Shown: positions 47,415-57,849, counted from the first letter of the stretch. The stretch is 64,000 nucleotides of DNA from Dehalococcoidia bacterium (GCA_965262485.1 OZ253540.1:3606080-3670079), one strand, 5' to 3'. Program-made: numbers and translations. The notes: generated from the sequence alone by a model not told the origin.

Positions 47415-49889
47415 GTGGCAGGACCATGTACGGGCCTAACCGTCCTGGATTTCTCATTGGGGATGCCAGGGGCCATCTGCACCTTGGTAATGGCCGACTA
47501 CGGGGCCGAGGTGATCAAGATTGAACCTCCCGGCGGAGATCCTTTCCGCTTTCAGCCCGCCTGGATTTCATGGAACCGCGGAAAAAAAGGCATTGTGCTG
47601 GATCTCCGCACTACAGAAGGCCGCGAGCAAGCCATCCAGCTGGCCGCCCGGGCTGATGTGCTGGTAGAGTCCTTCCGTCCCGGAGACATGGCCGACTGGG
47701 GGTTGGCGTATGACACCCTGTCGCAACTTTACCCGCGGCTGGTCTACTGCTCCATAACGGGCTTTGGGCAAAAGGGCCCACTCCGCCGGGTGAAAGGGTA
47801 CGAGGGTGTCGTTGCGGCCAAGGCGGGCCGGATGCTCAACTTGCAGGGACAGCCTAACCGGGAAGGCCCAGTGTATTCGGCGCTGCACACCGGTAGCTGG
47901 CACGCCAGCCAGGCTGCAGTGCGCGGGATCCTTGGCGCCCTCCGCGTGCGGGACCTGTGCGGGCGTGGGCAATGGGTCCAGACCAGCATCGTCCAGACCC
48001 TGGCTTCTCCCCACGACAACAATGTCGGTGACGGTGGACTGGTGAATATGCAGCTCCGGCGCCGGGACCCGGAGCGGTTCCCCGGGAGACCCGGCGGCGC
48101 CCGAGGCCTCTCCTCCATAGGATACGTTCCCGTGCGGACCAAGGATGGCACCTGGCTCCAACACGCCAATCAGAGGGTTCCGCACATCCAGGGGCATCTC
48201 AAGGCCATTGGCCTTGGGCACCTGCTCGAGGATGAGCGGTTCGAGAATGTTCCCGCCATCGACTTGGAGAACCGAGAACTCCTGCGCCGGGAGATACTGA
48301 AGAAGCAGTTGGAGAAGACCGCCGACGAATGGATGGAGATTTATCTCCAGGACGGCGACATCGCCGCTGAGCCCTATCGTAACAGCGTCCAGGCCATGGA
48401 TCATCCTGCGGTAGTCTCCAACGGTACAGTGGTAACGATCAATGATCCTCGCGTGGGCCCTATGCGGACCCTGGCCCCGCTCGTGGATTTAAAGGACACC
48501 CCGGGAGAGCCAAGCGGACCAGCCCCTGATGTGGGACAGCACAACGCAGAAGTCCTGGGACGTCTGCGGCAGCCGGCCGTGGCCGTAAGCGGTGGCTTGC
48601 CTGAGGAGAGTGGCACCGATGTGGCGACCCACCCCCTGTCAGGGGTCACCATCCTGGACCTGGCGACAATCCAGGCCGGGCCCTACGGCGCCGCCCTTTT
48701 GGCAGACCTTGGGGCACGGGTCATTAAGATCGACGCCACCGATAGGCGATTGGATGAAGGGCGGCGTTCCACTGCACAGGCAGTGGCCGACCCACGCACC
48801 TACGCTGGCAAGGAAGGCATTCAGGTTGACCTTCAGACCCCTGAGGGCAAAGAGATCGTCCATAAGCTGATCGCCAGTGCCGATGTTCTCTCGCACAACT
48901 TTCGCCTCGGCGTTCCGGAGCGCCTCCAGATCGATTGGGAGACCTGCCTGAAGATCAATCCCCGCCTGGTCCATGTCTGGATGGGGACCTATGGCGAAAA
49001 CGGAGTACACGCGCGCCGGCCGGGCGCCCATCCCATTCCCGGCGCTATCATGGGCGGCGCCATGCGGCAGATGGGCCGGGGCATGCCCCCGCCGCCGGAA
49101 CAGGTCATGGATATTGAGGAGACCGTTGAGGCGACCCGCTGGCTCATGAAATCCAACTGGGGACCGGACCAAAACACCTCCCCGGCTGTGGCCACGGGCG
49201 TCATTCTGGGCCTTCGGGCGCGGGACCTCACTGGTAAAGGCCAGCCCGTCCACATCACCATGCTAAACGCCAATGCCTGGACTAATGCCGATGAGTATTA
49301 CGACCACGCGAACCGCCCTCCCATTGCCATGCCCGACGAAGAACTTCATGGCCTTAATGCCCTGTACCGTCTCTACCGCTGCCGGGAAGGGTGGGTGTTC
49401 CTGGGTTGTCTGTTCCAGGACGAGTGGGAAACATTCTGCCGCACTGTGCAACGGGAAGAACTCCTGGCCGATCGCCGCTTCTCTACTCGAGAGGCGCGAC
49501 AGGCCAATGACGAAGCCCTGATTGCCGAGATCTCGGCAATCCTCGCCGGGCGTACCGCTGCCGAATGGGAAGAGTTGCTAATCATGGCGGACATCGGCTG
49601 TGTTCGGGCCGATGAAGCTCTGGAAGGAGAGTTTTATGCGGACCATCCCCACGCCAGGGCGAATGCTCTGAGCGTTGAGGTGGAGCACCCGTATGTCGGA
49701 AAGTACCTCCGTTACGGCGGGTTGGTCGAATTGTCCCTGACTCCGGGACTCTACCGGACCTCCATCCAAATTGGCCAGCACACCAAGCCCCTGCTTCGGG
49801 AAATCGGGTACGACGACCAGGAGATCGAGGACTTGGGAACGCGGGGAATCGTCCAATGGGCGGACCCCTCGGTGGGTGGGGAGCCGTAG
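47415..49889 (+). CDS. tandem-duplicated family III (CaiB/BaiF) CoA-transferase
   Basis: Two complete N-terminal signatures: 'LTVLDFSLGMPGAICTLVMADYGAEVIKIEPPGGDP' and 'VTILDLATIQAGPYGAALLADLGARVIKID'. GTG start after GGGGGAGGAG. Confidence 0.8.
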   Translation: MAGPCTGLTVLDFSLGMPGAICTLVMADYGAEVIKIEPPGGDPFRFQPAWISWNRGKKGIVLDLRTTEGREQAIQLAARADVLVESFRPGDMADWGLAYDTLSQLYPRLVYCSITGFGQKGPLRRVKGYEGVVAAKAGRMLNLQGQPNREGPVYSALHTGSWHASQAAVRGILGALRVRDLCGRGQWVQTSIVQTLASPHDNNVGDGGLVNMQLRRRDPERFPGRPGGARGLSSIGYVPVRTKDGTWLQHANQRVPHIQGHLKAIGLGHLLEDERFENVPAIDLENRELLRREILKKQLEKTADEWMEIYLQDGDIAAEPYRNSVQAMDHPAVVSNGTVVTINDPRVGPMRTLAPLVDLKDTPGEPSGPAPDVGQHNAEVLGRLRQPAVAVSGGLPEESGTDVATHPLSGVTILDLATIQAGPYGAALLADLGARVIKIDATDRRLDEGRRSTAQAVADPRTYAGKEGIQVDLQTPEGKEIVHKLIASADVLSHNFRLGVPERLQIDWETCLKINPRLVHVWMGTYGENGVHARRPGAHPIPGAIMGGAMRQMGRGMPPPPEQVMDIEETVEATRWLMKSNWGPDQNTSPAVATGVILGLRARDLTGKGQPVHITMLNANAWTNADEYYDHANRPPIAMPDEELHGLNALYRLYRCREGWVFLGCLFQDEWETFCRTVQREELLADRRFSTREARQANDEALIAEISAILAGRTAAEWEELLIMADIGCVRADEALEGEFYADHPHARANALSVEVEHPYVGKYLRYGGLVELSLTPGLYRTSIQIGQHTKPLLREIGYDDQEIEDLGTRGIVQWADPSVGGEP

Positions 49890-49969
49890 GCCAGTACGCC
49901 CAACCTGCGTCAATCTGCTCCATACCTGGATAACCTCATCTGAATCCAATTTGCGAAGGGAGGTCATAC

Positions 49970-50329
49970 TTGGCAATACTGGTCAGTTTCGATATAGATG
50001 GAACCCTGGAAGCAGGAGACCCGCCTGGGCCTATCACGATGAGCATGGTCAGGAAGGCTCAGGCTCACGGTTGCATTATCGGCAGCTCATCTGACCGTCC
50101 ACTTCCGGTACAGCAGGCCATTTGGGACAGACACCGCATCGAGGTGAGTTTTGTCTCAACGAAGCAGGGTCTCTTGGACCTGAAGTCTCGCTTTTCGGCT
50201 GAGGAGTACTACCATATTGGCGATACGGAGTTGGATCGCCAATTTGCCCTGACCGCGGGGTTCCATTTCGTCTCGATGGATGCCGGAAATACCGAGCCGT
50301 GGATTAACGGCAGGACGAACCAGGATTAG
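49970..50329 (+). CDS. small HAD-superfamily hydrolase
   Basis: 'VSFDIDGTL', 'GSSSDR' and 'IGDTELD'. TTG start. Confidence 0.6.
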   Translation: MAILVSFDIDGTLEAGDPPGPITMSMVRKAQAHGCIIGSSSDRPLPVQQAIWDRHRIEVSFVSTKQGLLDLKSRFSAEEYYHIGDTELDRQFALTAGFHFVSMDAGNTEPWINGRTNQD

Positions 50330-50614
50330 ACGCACTTTCAGCATCCTTTTTCTTTCCCACGAGCTTATGCGGACCTGAACCTGAAGCACGCCACCTATGA
50401 AATTGGCTGGGGACTGTTGGCATTTCACGTCATTCCGGCGAAAGAACGTCACCCCGTACTTGATACGGGGCCGGAATCCAGGCGCTTTGGAAAGCAGACA
50501 TCGTTCACATTCAGGGTACTCTGGATTCCCGCTTGCGCGGGAATGACGAGCTGGGGTTAGCGAAATCGCCTTATATCTCAAATATCAACACGGCCCAGGG
50601 ACTGTGGTGGGGCC

Positions 50615-50780
50615 TTTCGATTCTCCCTCTCTCCTTGTGGGAGAGGGCTGGGGTGAGGAGTATAGTCTGCCGCAGGATAGTTCCCTATCTCACACCTTCA
50701 CCCCCGTATCAAGTACGGGGCCGGCTCTAACCCTCTCCCATCAAGGGAGAGGGGATTTCTTGTAAAACCGAAAGGCCCTG
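50615..50780. repeat. family B element copy 2 (MITE-like)
   Basis: Near-identical to 46494-46640, plus an inserted hairpin ccccgtatcaagtacgggg. The right end (reverse complement) is CAGGGCCTTTCGGTTTTACAAG. No clear target duplication. Confidence 0.7.
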
Positions 50781-50939
50781 ACCGAACGAGTACATTGTAT
50801 TGACGGATTAGGGGGTTCATAGTAAAGTCGCGCTGGATAATACTTAATCTGTAAGGATATCCTGATCACATTTTACTGATCCTGGGCGGTTATAGCGTTT
50901 CACAACGAACGTCGGGAATATCCCAGGTAGGGAGCAGGA

Positions 50940-52688
50940 ATGCCAAATCTCGGAATACTATCAGCCCGCAATATCATAATCTGTACGTCACTTGCCACTG
51001 CTCTGATCTTTTTTATAGGATGCTCGAGTTCCAGCCCCGACGAATCCTCGGCCCCGGCGGCTCCGGTCGCCACTTCCGCACCGGTCACGCAGGATTCCAA
51101 TGTCGCCACGGCTATGCCCTCACCGGCGGAGTCAGCGCAGGGCGAGTCGGAGGTGGTCTCAGGGAAGGTCACTTTGATGGCCTCCGACTGGGGCACCCAG
51201 TCTTTTGAACCCCGGGACGCCACCGGCCAGATAATGACGCAGCACCGGATGTTGCATGGTTGGCTGATTGCGGGTAACGAGAATACCGAAATGATCCCGG
51301 GTATTGCCGAAAAGTGGGAACTGTCGGAGGACGGCCTCCAGTGGACTTGGACCATTCGCAACGGCGTTAAATTCCACAACGGCGACGACCTGACCATTGA
51401 CGATATTCAATTCACACTGGACCGGCACCACGGCCCCGAGGCGGCTGAGGGCGCCATCCACGGGGTTTTCATCCAGCAATCCAAGAGAACGGTGAGCCAG
51501 GAGATTACCGGTCCTAACACCCTAGTGGTAACCCAGACCGAACCCAACTCCACCTATCCCTTCCTGTTGTCGCAGCTTCATTCATCCGACTCCCACGGCG
51601 CCGTCCTGCCGAAGAACTACTGGGAATCGGTGGGAGGCAAGCAGGAATGGGAGGCCAAGCCGGTGGGCGCCGGCCCCCTCATGCTGGTTGACTTCAAGCC
51701 ATCAGAGCAAATGCTCTTCGAGCGTTTCGACGACTATTACTTCACGCCGGAAAACGGCTTCCACGAAGACCGCAGAATGAAGTTCCAGACCATGGACGTG
51801 CGGTTGGTGACCGAAGAATCCACCAGGATTTCAGCGCTGCGGGCCGGCCAGGCGGATATGACCGAAGCCAGCCTGAACGCCCGCAGCCAGGTAGAGTCTG
51901 CGGGAGGCCGCTTGGTCTTCATCCCCGAAGCCTCCTACTCCCAGGTCAGGCCCATGGGCTGCTGGAAGCCGGAACTTCCCTGCAGCGACAAGCGGGTGCG
52001 TTACGCCCTGGATTATGCCGTCGACAAAGAATTGATCCGGGACGCGCTCTATGGCGGCACCGAGGTCGCCCAGGTAGGTGGATTCGAGGCTGCCACTCCC
52101 AACGCCTTGGGTTACAGCCCTGAACTCGATTCCCTTCCCTTCGACCCAGATCAGGCCAGGGCTCTCCTGGCTGAGGCTGGTTTCCCCGGCGGCGAAGGTT
52201 TCCCTCCCTTCAAGATACATACCTGGAACGGCGGCGACGTGCCGCTTCAACCCGAGCAGGCCGAGTTAATAGCCGAGATGTGGAAGGACAATCTTGGTCT
52301 TGATGTTACGGTGATTGTGGGCGATCCCACCTCCGTCCGGCAGCAGGCCAGAGACCGAGAACTGGACGGCGACGTCTACTTCCGCAGCAACGAAGCCAGG
52401 TTCGATGGTGGGAGCCTGATGCGCAGCGCCACCGACCCCGAGAACCCCAACCGGCTGATGGATTCTCCGGAGTTGTTCGCCATTGTCAACGAATCCCTGG
52501 CGGTGTTGGACCCGGCCCTGCGGCAAGATGCCTACAACCGGGCCTACCGCGCCATCTGGGAAGAGCACTACTACTGGAGCCCCATATACGTCAATCTGCC
52601 CTGGGCCGTCAGCGACCGCATCGCCACCTGGGAACCGTGGCCTCTGGGTCCCTATGCCAGCGCTCTCTGGACGGTGACGCTGAAGTAG
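50940..52688 (+). CDS. ABC transporter substrate-binding lipoprotein, family 5 (peptide/nickel type)
   Basis: Lipobox 'LIFFIGCSSS'. The family-5 SBP fold is readable throughout. It is a paralog of 53215..54984. Confidence 0.85.
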   Translation: MPNLGILSARNIIICTSLATALIFFIGCSSSSPDESSAPAAPVATSAPVTQDSNVATAMPSPAESAQGESEVVSGKVTLMASDWGTQSFEPRDATGQIMTQHRMLHGWLIAGNENTEMIPGIAEKWELSEDGLQWTWTIRNGVKFHNGDDLTIDDIQFTLDRHHGPEAAEGAIHGVFIQQSKRTVSQEITGPNTLVVTQTEPNSTYPFLLSQLHSSDSHGAVLPKNYWESVGGKQEWEAKPVGAGPLMLVDFKPSEQMLFERFDDYYFTPENGFHEDRRMKFQTMDVRLVTEESTRISALRAGQADMTEASLNARSQVESAGGRLVFIPEASYSQVRPMGCWKPELPCSDKRVRYALDYAVDKELIRDALYGGTEVAQVGGFEAATPNALGYSPELDSLPFDPDQARALLAEAGFPGGEGFPPFKIHTWNGGDVPLQPEQAELIAEMWKDNLGLDVTVIVGDPTSVRQQARDRELDGDVYFRSNEARFDGGSLMRSATDPENPNRLMDSPELFAIVNESLAVLDPALRQDAYNRAYRAIWEEHYYWSPIYVNLPWAVSDRIATWEPWPLGPYASALWTVTLK

Positions 52689-52741
52689 CCTACAGCCCTA
52701 GCAGCCATCACCGCCGCATAGCTGTTGTTAGGTGGTTTTGC

Positions 52742-52771
52742 GGCTGCCCGCCTGTGACCGGGCGGGCAGCC
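52742..52771. terminator. GC-rich hairpin (candidate terminator, no U-tract)
   Basis: An 11-bp perfect stem, ggctgcccgcc / ggcgggcagcc, with an 8-nt loop. It lies 54 nt after the SBP stop. Confidence 0.35.
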
Positions 52772-52937
52772 TGCCATCCCTACTCTGGCATTGGGTGACG
52801 ACCGAAGAACCCTAATCCCAGCAGTGGGATGCCGGTCAGAAGGTTTTCGATATCCCGAGGGCCCGGCAGAATAAGTGTACAATTGGCCCCAAACGTACTA
52901 CCAAGGATTTTCGGTTTCCGGCTGGGTTGGAGACCGG

Positions 52938-53168
52938 TCACCGGGAAAGGCGGACGGTCCAGTACCAGCCAGCATGAAACAGGCCGCCCGCTGCGAAGCC
53001 GACCACCACTCCAACGGGTATGAATAACAATGCCAGGCCGAAGGAGAACATCAACAGCCCTAAATCGATAAACGCTCCGGGCACGGCTAGTGGAAGGTGG
53101 GTCAGATAGACCCAGACAATTGGCAGCACTGCCCCCAACAGCCCGAAGGCGACATATAGCCACTTCAT
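52938..53168 (-). CDS. small membrane protein (76 aa)
   Basis: 'MKWLYVAFGLLGAVLPIVWVYL...LLMFSFGLALLFIPVGVVVGFAAGGLF' has two or three hydrophobic helices. Confidence 0.45.
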   Translation of the reverse strand: MKWLYVAFGLLGAVLPIVWVYLTHLPLAVPGAFIDLGLLMFSFGLALLFIPVGVVVGFAAGGLFHAGWYWTVRLSR

Positions 53169-53214
53169 ATTAAGGCATCCTGATCGGTCAAAACTGACAC
53201 AAGGGAGGAATACT

Positions 53215-54984
53215 ATGTATATCCGGAAGAGGTTTCATTCCAACATCTGGTTGGTTGCTCTCCTGGGCATTTGCACCTTGATTATAGCGGCTTGTGGCGG
53301 AGGGGCAACACCTGCGGCTCCGGCTGCGACCACGGCTCCGGCCGCGACCACGGCTCCGGCTGCGCCAGTATCCGATGCTTCCAGCGCCCCGGCCGCCACC
53401 GTGGCTGCCGAGGCAACGGCGGCTCCCCCCGCATCAGCGGAAGTGTCCGGCACAGTGACCATAATGCAGACGGTGTTCGGTACTGAGGCTTTTGAGCCAA
53501 GGTACACCCTGGGCCTGGGGGAAACCACCTACCAGCGCGCTCTGCACGGCCTGCTGGTTGAGGGCAACCATGATACCCAGATGGTCCCGGGCATAGCCTC
53601 GGCCTGGGAAGTTTCTGAGGATGGGTTCACCTGGAGCCTGACCATACCCGCCGATAGCCCGGCGACCTTCCACAACGGGGAGCCGGTAACCATCGACGAC
53701 GTTGAATTCACCTTCCAGCGTTACTTTGGCAAAGAGGCCGAAGACGAGGCAACCAGCACCGGCGCCATCAACTGGTCCCGCTTGACGGATAGAATCGAAA
53801 TCACCGGGCCTGAGACCATTGAGGTCACCCATAACAAGCTCTCGTCGTCCTTCCCCTTCACCTATTCCGCTCTGCAGTCCTCCTCCGACGGCGGCTCGAT
53901 CCTGCCCCAGAAGTATCATGAAGAGGTGGGCGAGGATGGCTACGCCGACGCTCCCATCGGCGCCGGTCCCTTCCGGCTGGTTGAATTCAAGCGGTCTGAG
54001 CAGTTGCTGTTCGAGCAATTCCCGGACTACTACTACAACCCGGACAACGGTTTCCCCGAAGACCGACGGATGAAGTTCAAGACACTGGATATGCGGCTGG
54101 TGCCAGAGGAGTCCACCAGGGTTGCCGCCCTGATCGCCGGAGAGGCCGACATCGTTGAAGTGACCCTCCAGTCGAGGCCGAGGGTGGAGGCTGCCGGTGG
54201 TCGGTACGTCTGGATTCAGGAAGGATCCTACACCCAGGTACGCCCCATTGGATGTTGGATACCGGGCCTTCCCTGTAACGACAAGCGGGTGCGCTATGCC
54301 CTGGATTACGCCATCGACAAGGAGCTGATACGGGACAATCTCTACGGCGGCACCGAAGGGGCCGGTCTGGCCGGCTTTGAGGCGGTGACCCCCAGCACCC
54401 TGGGCTACAGCCCGGAATTGGACGCCACCCCCTACGACCCGGAGCGGGCCAGGGAGCTACTGGCCGAGGCCGGTTACCCCGGTGGCGAGGGTTATCCTCC
54501 CTTCACCCTCTACACCTGGCAGGCCAGCGATACGCCGTTCATGGTGGAACACGCGGAGCTGATAGCCCAGATGTGGCAGGATAATCTGGGGCTCGACGTG
54601 ACGGTGGAAGCGGGCCAGAACGTCAGTATCCGGGAGCGGGTGCGCAACCGTGAACTGGATGGCCACGTTTACTTCCGCAGCAACGAGGGCCGCTGGGACG
54701 GCGGCAGCCTGGTACGCAGCATGCACTACCTGGACTCCAGCCTGCGCCAGTCGGAGGATCCTGAGCTGGCCAGAATAGCGGACGAAGGGCTATCGGTTAT
54801 GGACCCGGCCCTGCGCCACGACGCCTACAACAAGATGTACCTGGCCTCTTGGGAGGAACACTATTCCTTCAGCACCACATACACCAACCTGCCCCTCGGC
54901 TTGAGCGAGCGCATCAAGACCTATCAGCCCTGGCCCCTGGGACCGTATCCCACAGCCCTGTGGACGGTGACCCTGAATCAGTAG
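53215..54984 (+). CDS. ABC transporter substrate-binding lipoprotein, family 5, paralog 2
   Basis: Lipobox 'LIIAACGGG' and an Ala/Pro/Thr linker. Long colinear similarity to 50940..52688 (e.g. 'DKRVRYALDYA[VI]DKELIRD'). Confidence 0.85.
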   Translation: MYIRKRFHSNIWLVALLGICTLIIAACGGGATPAAPAATTAPAATTAPAAPVSDASSAPAATVAAEATAAPPASAEVSGTVTIMQTVFGTEAFEPRYTLGLGETTYQRALHGLLVEGNHDTQMVPGIASAWEVSEDGFTWSLTIPADSPATFHNGEPVTIDDVEFTFQRYFGKEAEDEATSTGAINWSRLTDRIEITGPETIEVTHNKLSSSFPFTYSALQSSSDGGSILPQKYHEEVGEDGYADAPIGAGPFRLVEFKRSEQLLFEQFPDYYYNPDNGFPEDRRMKFKTLDMRLVPEESTRVAALIAGEADIVEVTLQSRPRVEAAGGRYVWIQEGSYTQVRPIGCWIPGLPCNDKRVRYALDYAIDKELIRDNLYGGTEGAGLAGFEAVTPSTLGYSPELDATPYDPERARELLAEAGYPGGEGYPPFTLYTWQASDTPFMVEHAELIAQMWQDNLGLDVTVEAGQNVSIRERVRNRELDGHVYFRSNEGRWDGGSLVRSMHYLDSSLRQSEDPELARIADEGLSVMDPALRHDAYNKMYLASWEEHYSFSTTYTNLPLGLSERIKTYQPWPLGPYPTALWTVTLNQ

Positions 54985-55195
54985 GACTGACACCTCCACC
55001 GGCCATCGGCGGCAAGGTTGTTGGCGACTCCGATGGTCCCGGGATCCACTGGCGTGAATGCCGGGACAACTAAGTTGACCAGCGGGACCCATGCCGATGG
55101 TTGGTACACTCAGGTCGTTCCCTGATCGCCGGCCTGGCCCAACGCACGGTGGGGCCGGCGAAGGACTGGATATACCACAAAGGTAAGAAAAGCAC

Positions 55196-56113
55196 ATGCA
55201 GCGTTACATACTGTTCAGGGTATTCCAGGGGCTGCTCGCCCTGCTCGTCCTCAGTCTGATCGTCTTTATGAGCGTCCACCTGTCCGGTGACCCGGCCCTG
55301 TTGCTGTTGCCGCCGGAGGCGACCACCGCCGACTACGAACAGCTTCGGGAGAACCTGGGCCTGGACCGACCGATCCTCGTTCAGTACGGCACGTTTCTCT
55401 TTAAAGCGGTGCAGGGCGACTTTGGCCAGTCCATAACCACCCGGCGTCCGGCCCGGGACGTGCTGCTGGAGCGAATTCCCGCCACCCTCCAGCTAGCGGC
55501 GGTGGGAATGCTCCTGGCAATAGCGATGGGGGTACCCCTGGGCATCCTGTCCGCAGTTAAGCGGGACTCGATTCTGGACAAGGCCTGCAAACTGTTTGCC
55601 ATCGCCGGCCTCGGCGCTCCGCAATTCTGGGTAGCCATCATGCTTATCCTGCTGTTTGGCGCTATCCTCCAATGGTTGCCGACCTACGGCCGGGGAGGGC
55701 CAGACCACTTCGTGCTGCCGGCCTTCGTGCTGGCTTGGTCCATAATGGCCGGCATGATGCGTTTGGCGCGCTCGAGCATGCTGGAGGTGCTGGACAGCGA
55801 GTTTGTCAAGTTCGCCCGGATCAAGGGACTGACGGAGAAGTTGGTCATCTGGAAACATGCCCTGAGAAACGCTCTGATCCCCCTGATAACCTTCGGAGGC
55901 ATCAGCCTGGCGGGGCTGCTCAATGGGGCCATTGTGGTGGAGGTCGTGTTCGCCTGGCCCGGCGTGGGGCGCTTGATGCTGGAGGGAGTGGCGCAACGCA
56001 ATTTCCCCATCGTAGAAGCCACCGTGCTCACCTCGGGTTTCTTCTTCATAATCACATCCCTTTTGGTGGACATCCTCTATGTGTACGTGGACCCGAGAAT
56101 CAGGATCGAGTAA
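55196..56113 (+). CDS. ABC transporter permease (DppB/OppB-like)
   Basis: 'MQRYILFRVFQGLLALLVLSLIVF' and the EAA-loop region 'VKFARIKGLTEKLVIWKHALRNALIP'. Confidence 0.85.
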   Translation: MQRYILFRVFQGLLALLVLSLIVFMSVHLSGDPALLLLPPEATTADYEQLRENLGLDRPILVQYGTFLFKAVQGDFGQSITTRRPARDVLLERIPATLQLAAVGMLLAIAMGVPLGILSAVKRDSILDKACKLFAIAGLGAPQFWVAIMLILLFGAILQWLPTYGRGGPDHFVLPAFVLAWSIMAGMMRLARSSMLEVLDSEFVKFARIKGLTEKLVIWKHALRNALIPLITFGGISLAGLLNGAIVVEVVFAWPGVGRLMLEGVAQRNFPIVEATVLTSGFFFIITSLLVDILYVYVDPRIRIE

Positions 56114-56131
56114 AGCGAGGGAGAACTGGAC

Positions 56132-57004
56132 ATGGCGCATACGGCAGTAACCAAAGAAAGTCGACTCGGTCAACTACAACAGCGGATCAGCAGGTCCAAG
56201 CTGCCCTGGATACCCATAGTGATCCTGTCCATTCTGCTGGTGTGCTCTGCGTTAGCGCCGCAGTTGTCCCCTAACGACCCCAACGACAAGGACATCATCA
56301 ACAGCCGCATCCCCCCGGGTCAGACCAGCGAGCACCTGCTGGGTACCGACATCCTGGGCCGGGATATGTTGAGTCGGATGATCTTCGGTGCCCGAACCAC
56401 TGTTTACATCAGCCTGGTAGCCCTGGCTACCGGGGCCATCGTGGGCACCGTTCTGGGACTGATTGCCGGATACCTGGGGGGCGTGATTGGCGCAGTCATC
56501 ATGCGTATCGCCGACGCCGTGATGGGATTCCCTACTATCCTGGTAGCCTTGGTCATCGTGGTACTGCTGGGCCAGGGCACGGAGAATATCATCATCGCGG
56601 TGGCAGTTACCGTGTGGGCCAGGTTCGCGCGGATGATACGGGGTGATACCCTGAGCATTAGGGAACGAGACTACGTAATTCTGGCCAGAATCGCCGGGGT
56701 CAGTCCTCCGGTAGTCATTATCCGGCATGTTTTCCCCAACGTGGTCAATACTTTGATGGTGCTGACCAGCATTCAGGTGGGACAGGTGATTCTGCTTGAA
56801 GCCTCCCTGAGTTTCCTGGGGTTGGGATTGGCCCCGGGGTCGCCGGCCTGGGGCATCATGGTAGCCGAGGGGCGTAACGTCATCCTGGATATGTGGTGGT
56901 TGTCCCTTTTCCCCGGCGTGGCAATAACCATAGTGGTGATGGCGTTCAACTTCCTCGGCGACTGGCTGCGCGATTACCTGGACCCGAAGCTCCGCCGGGT
57001 CTGA
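56132..57004 (+). CDS. ABC transporter permease (DppC/OppC-like)
   Basis: 'HLLGTDILGRDMLSRMIFGAR' and 'YVILARIAGVSPPVVIIRHVFPN'. Confidence 0.85.
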   Translation: MAHTAVTKESRLGQLQQRISRSKLPWIPIVILSILLVCSALAPQLSPNDPNDKDIINSRIPPGQTSEHLLGTDILGRDMLSRMIFGARTTVYISLVALATGAIVGTVLGLIAGYLGGVIGAVIMRIADAVMGFPTILVALVIVVLLGQGTENIIIAVAVTVWARFARMIRGDTLSIRERDYVILARIAGVSPPVVIIRHVFPNVVNTLMVLTSIQVGQVILLEASLSFLGLGLAPGSPAWGIMVAEGRNVILDMWWLSLFPGVAITIVVMAFNFLGDWLRDYLDPKLRRV

Positions 57005-57006
57005 CC

Positions 57007-57150
57007 CAATGCCTTTCAGTTCTCAAAGATTTACTCCGTCTTTCCCGCGAAAGCGGGAATCCAGAATGTCTTTACTGCACAGGGTGCTGGATTTCGGCTT
57101 GTGCCAGAATGGCGAAATCGAGGAAATCGAGAAGAACTGAAAGGCACTAG
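57007..57150. repeat. MITE-like element with degenerate ISAs1-like ends
   Basis: The left end is CAATGCCTTTCAGTTCTCAAAG and the right end (reverse complement) is CTAGTGCCTTTCAGTTCTTCTC. It contains the hairpin cccgcgaaagcggg. No target duplication found. Confidence 0.5.
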
Positions 57151-57278
57151 TACCGTTTCCAGATAGATTTGTTAATGTCGGAAAGCTGCCTCTAACTCTG
57201 GATTCCTGCTTGTGTGGGAATGATTAACAGGTGAACAGATATACGATATAAGGCATCTTCAAGTGGAAACGGTACTAG
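57147..57278. repeat. 132-bp element with perfect 14-bp terminal inverted repeats
   Basis: CTAGTACCGTTTCC at 57147-57160 and its reverse complement at 57265-57278. Confidence 0.6.
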
Positions 57279-57420
57279 GGACTGTGGTGGGGACATTGGG
57301 GAACTTAACTATGGGCGGCAAACAACTTTGACCAGCAAAAATACTTTACATATAATCCACGCTAGGTTGTGTCGGTAACGGCAACGCGCGGTGAGCAAGA
57401 TTCCACAGGAGGGGAGAACC

Positions 57421-57849
57421 ATGTCAACGATTCCAGGGCTAGAGAGACCGGTCCCGGTCCCCGATGATCTGACCAAGCCCTTCTGGGATGCCTGTAACGA
57501 GCGGCGGTTGGTGTTGCAGAACTGCACCGCCTGCGCGAGGCTGCATTATCCGCCCACCCAGCGATGCAACGAATGTGGCTCGGCCGACAATCTGGAGTGG
57601 AAAGAGGTGCAAGGCAAAGGACACATTGACGTGTACTTGGTGATACGCGACTCCCGCATCAGGGGATTTCGGTCGGCGCAGCCCATCAACTTTGCGGTGA
57701 TAACCCTGGACGAGGATCCCGGCATCAACTTCTTGTCCAACCTTCCGGGTACCCCGCCGGGCGAGGTACCTGTCGGAGCCCCGGTGGAACTGATATTTGA
57801 AGAAACGAGTACCGGCCAGTTGGTCCACGAGTGGCGGGCGCTCACCTAG
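57421..57849 (+). CDS. DUF35 Zn-ribbon/OB-fold protein
   Basis: 'PFWDACNERRLVLQNCTACARLHYPPTQRCNECGS'. ATG 57421 follows AGGAGGGGAG. Confidence 0.8.
   Translation: MSTIPGLERPVPVPDDLTKPFWDACNERRLVLQNCTACARLHYPPTQRCNECGSADNLEWKEVQGKGHIDVYLVIRDSRIRGFRSAQPINFAVITLDEDPGINFLSNLPGTPPGEVPVGAPVELIFEETSTGQLVHEWRALT

Noticed and set aside
52742-52771. Treating the GC-rich hairpin as a canonical rho-independent terminator
   Set aside because: No U-tract follows on either strand. It is kept only as a low-confidence structural feature.
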